Origin: an uncultured Fibrobacteraceae bacterium
GTDB taxonomy: Bacteria; Krumholzibacteriota; Krumholzibacteriia; LZORAL124-64-63
Length of the DNA: 44,308 bases
Direction of reading: 5' to 3'
Assembly: GCA_964562635.1 (NCBI GenBank)
Contig: CAZLUL010000001.1
Coordinates: 1-44,308 of the forward strand
The notes beneath the pieces are model-generated. The model was given only the letters and a program-made list of their open reading frames with translations, made no database searches and was not told where the DNA came from. Shown one piece after another: positions 37,647-43,924 of the stretch (position 1 is the stretch's first letter; each line of letters starts with the position of its first letter). The translations under genes and the position numbers were made by a program.

Positions 37647-38081
37647 TCAGCGTGTGATCGCTATCTGCCGCCGGTGTTCGCTGCCGCCTGGACCCTTGGC
37701 AAAAGTCACGTAGAGAAAACCGGCGCGATAGCGAGCCGTCGCCGAAGCCGGGTCGACCTCGGCCACCAACGGCACCCGCCGCGCGAACGGCCCCACATTG
37801 ATCTCCATCTTGTGAAAGTGTTTTTTGCCAGGGCCGGAGGAATCCTGGCGGATTCCGCGCACCAGAAGTGTCTTTTCGTCGGCCAGCACCTCGATCTGGG
37901 TCGGGTCCATACCCGCCAGATCCATCTGGACAATGAAACTTTCTTCGGTTTCGTAGGCGTCGGTGGCGGGTTTCCAACTGAGATCGCTCTCACCGGGAAT
38001 AACGCCACCCTTTTGGGCATAGGATGTCACGAGGATCTCGAAGATCTCTTCCAGCTCGCCCGTGCGGTCCCGTTTGCTCAT
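37647..38081 (-). CDS. Small heat-shock protein, Hsp20/alpha-crystallin family
   Basis: 144 aa with alpha-crystallin core WKPATDAYETEESFIVQMDLAGMDPTQIEV...ARYRAGFLYVTF. Confidence 0.9.
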   Translation of the reverse strand: MSKRDRTGELEEIFEILVTSYAQKGGVIPGESDLSWKPATDAYETEESFIVQMDLAGMDPTQIEVLADEKTLLVRGIRQDSSGPGKKHFHKMEINVGPFARRVPLVAEVDPASATARYRAGFLYVTFAKGPGGSEHRRQIAITR

Positions 38082-38109
38082 AATCCGCCCTTTTCCGCGA
38101 TTCGATCAG

Positions 38110-38131
38110 GTTCCGGCTGTGAATCCGGAAC
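38110..38131 (-). promoter_or_regulatory. Hairpin in the predicted hsp20 5' UTR (GTTCCGG-N8-CCGGAAC)
   Basis: Perfect 7-bp inverted repeat 29-50 nt upstream of the hsp20 ATG and downstream of the predicted promoter. Confidence 0.3.
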
Positions 38132-38152
38132 GTTAATACACGACTGGGGCTC

Positions 38153-38181
38153 ATGCTACTCCCATGCCCAGCCAGCGTCAA
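38153..38181 (-). promoter_or_regulatory. Candidate sigma70-type promoter for hsp20 (TTGACG-17-TAGCAT)
   Basis: Minus-strand -35 is TTGACG (38181..38176). After a 17-nt spacer, -10 is TAGCAT (38158..38153). It lies in the 207-nt lexA-hsp20 spacer. Confidence 0.4.
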
Positions 38182-38288
38182 CAAGGGACCGCTGAGGCAT
38201 TTGGGAAAGCCGGACTGATTCCGGGCGACCTGCGGGACCAACTGCCTGACCACCTGAGGTGCGGCCACAACAGAGGGAGACTAGACAA

Positions 38289-38900
38289 TCAATGGAATCG
38301 CCGCAGGACGCCAATCACCACGCCTTGGACCTGCACCCGTTCTTCGGCCACCGTCAGCACCGGGACCGTGGGGTTGGCAGGCTGCAGGCGAATCTGGGAG
38401 CCTTCGCGGAAGTACTGCTTGACGGTGACCGAGTCGCCATCGACCAGCGCAATGACAGTTTCCCCATTGCGAGCTTCTTCGCGCGCCTCGACCACCACCG
38501 TGTCGCCGTCTCGGATCTGCTCTTCAATCATGGAATCGCCCCGGACCTTTAGGGCAAAAGTGCGGCCCTTGCCCAGCCATTCTACCGGCAAATTGAGGTT
38601 CTCCTGGTCTTCCAGGGCCTCGATGGGCAGCCCCGCCGCCACAGTCCCCAGCAGGGGAATACTGGCCATGCCGACCGCGCCACTCTCCTGAGCGACAACC
38701 TCCAGGTCCCGGCTGGCATTGCGACGTTGGCGGGCAAGATAGCCCTTCTCCACCAAATGGCTGATGTGCTTGTGGACGGTGGCCACGGACGAAAGGCCAA
38801 ATCTGTCGCCAATTTCCTGCAGCGTGGGCGCGTACCCCTTCTGATCACTGTATTGCGTAATATAGGTGAGGATTTCCGCTTGCCTCGGTGTCAGACCCAT
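38289..38900 (-). CDS. lexA: LexA repressor (SOS regulator, S24 self-cleaving peptidase)
   Basis: ORF trimmed to ATG 38900 (MGLTPRQAEILTYITQYSDQKGYAPTLQEIGDRFG, a wHTH). Ala-Gly cleavage site in TVAAGLP, catalytic Ser in RGDSM and Lys in VTVKQY. CAGGAGG SD lies upstream. Confidence 0.9.
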   Translation of the reverse strand: MGLTPRQAEILTYITQYSDQKGYAPTLQEIGDRFGLSSVATVHKHISHLVEKGYLARQRRNASRDLEVVAQESGAVGMASIPLLGTVAAGLPIEALEDQENLNLPVEWLGKGRTFALKVRGDSMIEEQIRDGDTVVVEAREEARNGETVIALVDGDSVTVKQYFREGSQIRLQPANPTVPVLTVAEERVQVQGVVIGVLRRFH

Positions 38901-38931
38901 GTCCGCCTCCTGCGGTTGTTGACCGGCCCAT

Positions 38932-38977
38932 TTGCCGATCAAGAGGCAACCTACACGAAACTCAGGCGTAAGTCCAA
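38932..38977 (-). promoter_or_regulatory. Candidate lexA promoter (TTGGAC-18-TAGGTT) overlapping a palindrome TTGCC-N8-GGCAA
   Basis: -35 is at 38977..38972 and -10 at 38953..38948. The palindrome at 38932-38949 begins inside the -10 hexamer, the expected place for an autoregulatory operator. Hexamer and palindrome match only. Confidence 0.25.
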
Positions 38978-38998
38978 CGAAAATATGGCAAAAATCAA

Positions 38999-39946
38999 TC
39001 AGTTTAAAATGGGAATGAAATCGGCCGGAATCACCCGGCGAGTACCGGATTTCAGCAATTGAGCCACTTCGGCCTCTGTCGGCAGGCCAGACCGGCCTCC
39101 CCTTCGCCCACACTTCAGGGCCGCCACGGCGCTGCCGTATTCCAGGCTGGCCAGGAATTCCCGGCCACAGGCTCGCCCAAAGGCGTAACCGGCGTGAAAG
39201 GCATCGCCCGCTCCAGTGGTATCGACGACCGGCACGTCGAAGGCCGCCACATGATGGACCTTGTCCGCGACCAAAGCCAACACCCCCCGGGCACCAAAAG
39301 TCATGGCCACCTGTTGCGGCCCACGCCGGTGCAGGGCCCGCAACGCGTCAGCCGGATTGTCGCATCCCGTCAATGCCGGCGCAAATCCCGCGGAGGAAAT
39401 GGCATCGGTCACCAGCCCGATCAGTGCCGCCGAACCTTCGCGCACCGAGCCGGCATCCATCACCACGGGCACCGCACAAAGCCGGGCCTCCCGCGCCAAA
39501 ACCAGCGCCGCGTCCGCATCGTGTCCATCGGTATAGAACAGGTCGGTATCCTGAATCCAATCCGGATTCATCTCGGCCACCGCCAAGGACGGCAAATCAC
39601 CCCGTGACCAAAAAATCGTGCGCTCGCCAGTTTTCGGATGCACCAGGATCACCGCCTTGGGAGAACCGTGCCCGGCGGCAATCCGGCTCAATGTCAGATC
39701 TACTCTGGCGGCCTTCAGTTCGGCCTGCTGCGAGGCACTGGCCAGGTCGTCCCCAAACTGGGTGACGAAACGGACTTGGGCCCCGAGGCGGGACAACGCC
39801 ACCGCAGCGGTGGCACCGGGCCCACCACCGCCCATCAGGATGTCGCCCACTTCACACTTCGTATCCTGCTGCGGGAACGCGTCGACCGGCAGGTTGACAT
39901 CCCAGGCGTTGTAGCCCAATACGAGTATGCGCGGGGATTTCGGCAT
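38999..39946 (-). CDS. PfkB-family carbohydrate kinase (ribokinase-like)
   Basis: ORF trimmed to ATG 39946 (MPKSPRILVLGYNAWD). Motifs GGGGPGATAAVALSRLG and DTTGAGDAFHAGY. The substrate cannot be read from the sequence. Confidence 0.85.
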   Translation of the reverse strand: MPKSPRILVLGYNAWDVNLPVDAFPQQDTKCEVGDILMGGGGPGATAAVALSRLGAQVRFVTQFGDDLASASQQAELKAARVDLTLSRIAAGHGSPKAVILVHPKTGERTIFWSRGDLPSLAVAEMNPDWIQDTDLFYTDGHDADAALVLAREARLCAVPVVMDAGSVREGSAALIGLVTDAISSAGFAPALTGCDNPADALRALHRRGPQQVAMTFGARGVLALVADKVHHVAAFDVPVVDTTGAGDAFHAGYAFGRACGREFLASLEYGSAVAALKCGRRGGRSGLPTEAEVAQLLKSGTRRVIPADFIPILN

Positions 39947-40047
39947 CTCCAACTCCGGTCCGTCTTGTCTGGCCCGCCCGACTGTGGTAGCTTCGCCCCA
40001 CGTTGCAATCCCTGATTGATCACAGCTGAGGCCGACTGGAGGGCGCC

Positions 40048-40392
40048 ATGAGTACCTGTCTCTTTTGCGATATCGCCGCCGGAAAAATACCATGCGAGCA
40101 AGTTTACAGCGATGAAAACTTCTTCGCTTTTCGCGACATCTCACCCGCGGCGCCGACTCACATTCTGATCATTCCGCGGACCCATATTTCCAGCCTGACC
40201 GAACTCGATGAAACACAGACCACCATGTCCGGACAATTGCTGGTGCTGGCTTCCCGCCTCGCCGCCCAGGAAAACCTTGACGCCAACGGCTACCGCTTTG
40301 TCATCAACTGCGGGCAGGACGGCGGCCAGACCGTAGGCCATCTGCACCTGCACATTCTGGGCGGCCGGAAATTGGCCTGGCCGCCTGGTTGA
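40048..40392 (+). CDS. HIT-family nucleotide hydrolase (HinT-like)
   Basis: 114 aa, the only convincing plus-strand gene. N-terminal CLFCDIAAGKIP and histidine triad GHLHLHILGG. GGAGGG lies 4 nt upstream of the ATG. Confidence 0.9.
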   Translation: MSTCLFCDIAAGKIPCEQVYSDENFFAFRDISPAAPTHILIIPRTHISSLTELDETQTTMSGQLLVLASRLAAQENLDANGYRFVINCGQDGGQTVGHLHLHILGGRKLAWPPG

Positions 40393-40414
40393 TTTCAGCA
40401 ATAGCCTGGCGCGC

Positions 40415-40447
40415 AAAAACGCCCCGGACCACTCCGGGGCGTTTCTT
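40415..40447. terminator. Bidirectional intrinsic terminator between the convergent HIT and lipoprotein genes
   Basis: AAACGCCCCGGA-CCAC-TCCGGGGCGTTT forms a 12-bp stem (40417-40428 pairs with 40433-40444). It is flanked by an A-run on one side and a T-run on the other, giving a U-tract on both strands. Confidence 0.82.
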
Positions 40448-40456
40448 CGCAATCAG

Positions 40457-42055
40457 CTATTTACTCAGCGAATAGCTGCCCATATCGATGCTCTGGGGCA
40501 GGTACCGCAGCGTCCGCACCGCATTCTGCTCATCCGGGTGAATTGGATTCTCATTACTCAGACTCCCGCTGGCGCCAACGGTCATCAGGTGACCAGAGAT
40601 CAGGCAACCGGAATGGGCCAGCAAGCCCAGGATGTGGCCGAGTTCGTGCAGAGCCACTTCCTTGGTGAATTTTGCCGTCGAAAAATCGGACCGCAAATAG
40701 ACCTCGGTCACTTCCGGGATGACATCACCGAGTTTGACGCCCGGCGCGGCCGGTTCCAACAGGCGGGCTTCACCAAAAAGATTCGGCGACGAATTGTCGA
40801 ACGTAAAGATGACCTGGGCCTCGGATTGATCCGAGGTTGGCGTAAAGTACGGTTCTCCCATGACCGAATCCCAGAAAGCCATGGCAAATTCAGCTGCCGC
40901 GCCGTAATCCACATCCTGGCCGTTGACAAAATCCGGCACGTAGGCCCGCAGGGGAAAATTCTCAAACCGGCGCAACTGGGCCGCCTCAGGATCCACGATG
41001 TCGTCAAGAGTTCTGGTCATGACCCGGAAATAATTCAGGAATTGCCCATCGTACAGGTCGCAGTCGACGTCCAGGGTGTGCCTGGTGATGAGGCGGATCG
41101 CCAGGTCACGACCGGAAACACTGTCCAACTCCACCGATTCAAAATCGTACCAGCCGCTGATCGGAGCGTTGCTGCTATTGGTCGTCAGGACCACCCGGTC
41201 GATATTCCGGAACGGTCCCAGCCGGAAGGTGCCGCTGTTTTCGGTATTGGTGCTGGTCTGGGGCTCCACCGAGGCCACGATGATGCCCGGCAGCACCTGG
41301 CTGCGTTCGTCCAGCACCACGCCGTTCAACCACCAGCCCGTCGTGGTGACGGTGTAGCCGATATCGCCGATCAGCGACATCTGCCCCAGGTCATCCACGG
41401 CGCGCACAGCGACCCACACTTCGGCCCCAGGCACCATGCCATCGTCGGCCACGGTGAAATTTTCTTCATAGCCAACCTGCAGAACACGATGGGTGACGCG
41501 GCGCAGCTCAAGGGCTTGCGACCAATTTTCGAGATTGATCGGTCCGGTGAAACTGAGAGCCACCACATATTCGGCCATAGGGAATTCCGAAGTGCCGACC
41601 TTGTTCCAGGTGACCAGCACGTCCCCTGGTTCGGGGCCGGCTTCGGCCTGCACCATTGGCACCGGCGGTGGCAGGACCGAAGGGATCGACTCCACATTGA
41701 TGACCCAGAAATAGCCACGGTCAAAGCCATCAGCTTGGACTTGAACCTTTAAGGTATCAGCACCCAGGGACGACGGCACATAGGTGTAGGTTTCGGCATT
41801 GCTGATGATGATGCCATCCCGCCACCAGTTCACGTTTATCGTATTGGCCTCAGGAGCGGAAACGGAAAATTCGATGGTTTGGGTCAGGTCAATTTCCTGC
41901 CCCTGAGCGGCGGGACTGAAGGAGATGGCCACGGGGTCCTCATCACCAACCGGGTCGGTGCTGCTTGAACATCCCAGACAAAGGCCCAGCAAAACAACCA
42001 CAGCTGTCGCCGTGAAATTTCGGATGCGGAGGTCTGCAATGGGCCAGTTCTTCAT
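40457..42055 (-). CDS. Putative zinc-metalloprotease lipoprotein (Ig/FN3-like and carboxypeptidase-regulatory-like domains plus a C-terminal zincin domain)
   Basis: ORF trimmed to ATG 42055. Lipobox LGLCLGC-SSS. The central region is beta-rich, and GVVLDERSQVLPGIIVAS...NSGTFRLGPF resembles a CarboxypepD_reg fold. Zincin motif HELGHILGLLAHSGC lies at 40613-40648. Confidence 0.62.
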   Translation of the reverse strand: MKNWPIADLRIRNFTATAVVVLLGLCLGCSSSTDPVGDEDPVAISFSPAAQGQEIDLTQTIEFSVSAPEANTINVNWWRDGIIISNAETYTYVPSSLGADTLKVQVQADGFDRGYFWVINVESIPSVLPPPVPMVQAEAGPEPGDVLVTWNKVGTSEFPMAEYVVALSFTGPINLENWSQALELRRVTHRVLQVGYEENFTVADDGMVPGAEVWVAVRAVDDLGQMSLIGDIGYTVTTTGWWLNGVVLDERSQVLPGIIVASVEPQTSTNTENSGTFRLGPFRNIDRVVLTTNSSNAPISGWYDFESVELDSVSGRDLAIRLITRHTLDVDCDLYDGQFLNYFRVMTRTLDDIVDPEAAQLRRFENFPLRAYVPDFVNGQDVDYGAAAEFAMAFWDSVMGEPYFTPTSDQSEAQVIFTFDNSSPNLFGEARLLEPAAPGVKLGDVIPEVTEVYLRSDFSTAKFTKEVALHELGHILGLLAHSGCLISGHLMTVGASGSLSNENPIHPDEQNAVRTLRYLPQSIDMGSYSLSK

Positions 42056-42131
42056 ATGATCCAATCTACGAATGTGACGCCCCAGGCACAATACCCGCTA
42101 TCAACACGTGACAACGGTCGTCAGGGTTTCA

Positions 42132-43799
42132 TCATTTTGTGCGGTAAATGCGGTCTTCCGGAGCGATCCACCAGGCAGAGAGGTTGTTCACCGTCGACAG
42201 CAGATGGGGCTCAACGTCGCGCAGGCGATTGCTGATACCGACCAGATTGTCCGGATACATGAGGTAGGCTGAGGGGGGATCCGCGGCCAATTCTTCCTGC
42301 AATCGCCACCAGATAGGCAGGGCTTCAGCGTGATCAGAGATCCCGGTGGCCACTTCCAACAGGGAGTCCACCGTCGCATTGGCATAGGCTCCGAAATTGA
42401 ATTGTTCGGTTGCGCCAGAGCCCACGATTCCCGCCGGATTGCCAAACAGGTTGGCCCTCATCGAACCCAGGAAGGCATCATACCGGCCCGCCTGCACCTG
42501 ATCCAATCCAGCCAGATGTTCCATGACCCTCAGGTTGACCTTCACGCCGACCTCAGCCAAATTGGACCGCAGGATAACCGCCCCATTTTCTCGAATGGGG
42601 TCCCCCTGCTTGGTGATCATTTCAAAGCTGAACTCTAGGCCGTCGCGCTCCAGGACACCATCACCATCGGTATCCTGCCAACCGGCGTCCGCCAACATCT
42701 GCCGCGCCCTGGCCGGGTCATGAGCCGACGCCGACAGTTCAAGGTGGTGATTCCACAGCGCCGGCGGAATGGGACTCGAAGCGGGCCGACCGTAGCCCTT
42801 CAAAAGCGTCGCCACCATCAGCTCTCGATCGATCGCCAGGGACAGCGCCAGACGGGTGGCTCGGTCGGCAAAAATCGGATTGCGAAAATTCCAGCCCAGG
42901 TAGTAGAACCGCCGGCCGCCCACCGAGGCAATGGAGAAGCGTCCGGTCTCAGCCAGTCTTTGGGCCGCATCCGGATCGATCGCATCGACCAGATCGACTT
43001 CGCCGGTTTCCAGGGCCACCAGACGAGTATTGGCCTCGGGCAAAATCTTGAAGATCACCCGTTCGAGCAAGGCCGGCCGGCCGGGATATTCCGGGTTGCG
43101 CACCAGGCTCAGGCTTCGGTTGCGGTCCCAGCGTTCGAGCTGGAATTCTCCCGACGACAAGGGCCGGGTATTGATGGGCCAGGAACCGACCGCCGCCGGG
43201 TCCAGATTCTCGATTTTATGCAGCGGCAGAATGTGATGCCAGGACCGCGCCAACGGCTCGGCTTGGGGACGATCAAAACTGTAGTGCACGGTAAAAGAGT
43301 CCAGCGCCACAGCACTGGCGACCTCGCTCAAACGACCCCGTTTTGGACTGGCCACGATGGGGTCCAAAAAAAATTCCAACGAACGGACAACATCGTAGGC
43401 CGTCAACGGTTCGCCGTCAGACCACAGCCACCTATTCAGAAAGTAGGTGATCCCCAGGCCATCGCTATCAACTTCCCAGCGCTGAGCGATACGTGGCACG
43501 TAGTTCAGATCATCATCCATCTCGGTCAGGCCGTCGTGGATCTCCGCGAAAACAATGCCGGCCACCGCCGTAGAATAGACCAGCGGATTGAGGGCATCAG
43601 GTTCACTGGCAATGGCAATGACCGCTGTGCCACCCGCCACGGGCTCGACAGACCCAGTGTCTGCGTTGTCGCCGCGGTCGGCTTCGTCTTTCCCGCAACC
43701 GGACAGCATCAGACCGGACAGCATCAGACCGGACAACAAGCCGACCAGTCCCGTTGCGGTCAAATGTCTCAAGCTGATATCTCGCTGGTCCAATTTCAC
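42132..43799 (-). CDS. ABC transporter substrate-binding lipoprotein, family 5 (peptide/nickel/oligosaccharide type)
   Basis: The mature domain of about 520 aa follows the SBP_bac_5 pattern (TGPFKLxxW-like SGEFQLERWDRNRSLSLVRNPEY, GWNFRNP). Lipobox MLSGC. The start is uncertain: I prefer GTG 43799 (M-KLDQRDISLRHL...), while the ORF-track start 43847 is a TTG inside a tandem repeat. Confidence 0.83.
   Translation of the reverse strand: MKLDQRDISLRHLTATGLVGLLSGLMLSGLMLSGCGKDEADRGDNADTGSVEPVAGGTAVIAIASEPDALNPLVYSTAVAGIVFAEIHDGLTEMDDDLNYVPRIAQRWEVDSDGLGITYFLNRWLWSDGEPLTAYDVVRSLEFFLDPIVASPKRGRLSEVASAVALDSFTVHYSFDRPQAEPLARSWHHILPLHKIENLDPAAVGSWPINTRPLSSGEFQLERWDRNRSLSLVRNPEYPGRPALLERVIFKILPEANTRLVALETGEVDLVDAIDPDAAQRLAETGRFSIASVGGRRFYYLGWNFRNPIFADRATRLALSLAIDRELMVATLLKGYGRPASSPIPPALWNHHLELSASAHDPARARQMLADAGWQDTDGDGVLERDGLEFSFEMITKQGDPIRENGAVILRSNLAEVGVKVNLRVMEHLAGLDQVQAGRYDAFLGSMRANLFGNPAGIVGSGATEQFNFGAYANATVDSLLEVATGISDHAEALPIWWRLQEELAADPPSAYLMYPDNLVGISNRLRDVEPHLLSTVNNLSAWWIAPEDRIYRTK
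43699..43738. repeat. In-frame 15-nt tandem duplication in the SBP signal peptide
   Basis: CCGGACAGCATCAGA occurs at 43699-43713 and 43714-43728, followed by a degenerate partial third copy. It encodes SGLML-SGLML just before the lipobox Cys. Confidence 0.85.
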
Positions 43800-43815
43800 G
43801 AACGCCACTTTCTGA

Positions 43816-43845
43816 ACACCAGGTCTGCACACCAGGTCTGCACAC
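43816..43845. repeat. 13-nt tandem duplication just upstream of the SBP start
   Basis: ACACCAGGTCTGC occurs at 43816-43828 and 43829-43841, followed by ACAC. The unit length is not a multiple of 3. Confidence 0.85.
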
Positions 43846-43881
43846 AAAAGATACGGCGCGGCCCAGGCTGGACCGCGCCGT
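43842..43881 (-). terminator. Intrinsic terminator downstream of the T9SS-cargo gene
   Basis: ACGGCGCGG (43853-43861) pairs with CCGCGCCGT (43873-43881), a 9-bp GC stem with an 11-nt loop. On the minus strand it is followed by ATCTTTTGTGTG. A second small hairpin, CTGCCC-AGCA-GGGCAG, lies at 43892-43907, between the stop codon and this stem. Confidence 0.72.
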
Positions 43882-43924
43882 AATGGTAGTTCTGCCCAGC
43901 AGGGCAGTCAATCCCTGACCGACC

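Noticed and set aside
5700-38195. Other long plus-strand ORFs: 5700-7265, 9019-10257, 10273-11751, 13854-15839, 18159-19886, 28261-30060, 30023-31237, 35145-36758 and 36825-38195.
   Set aside because: Each lies antisense to a confidently identified minus-strand gene (lysS, polA, rimO, accC, GT39, GT9, lon). All have the same skewed composition. This is the systematic high-GC shadow-ORF phenomenon, not overlapping genes.
38901-39113. N-terminal 71-aa extension of the lexA ORF (track start 39113). Similar upstream extensions exist for the PfkB (to 40144), phzF-like (to 26329), GT9-a (to 31168), DUF3108 (to 30057), accB, efp, aroQ and lolE ORFs.
   Set aside because: The extensions overlap neighbouring genes or spacers and lack family-typical sequence. 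Internal starts give canonical N-termini, usually with an SD or an ATGA-type coupling. The track also reports the first ATG/GTG/TTG after a stop as M.
43699-43845. Possible CRISPR or minisatellite array.
   Set aside because: There are only two to three copies of 13-15-nt units with no spacers. This is far too short and too few for CRISPR. I scored them as simple tandem duplications. No other spaced repeat array was seen anywhere in the window.
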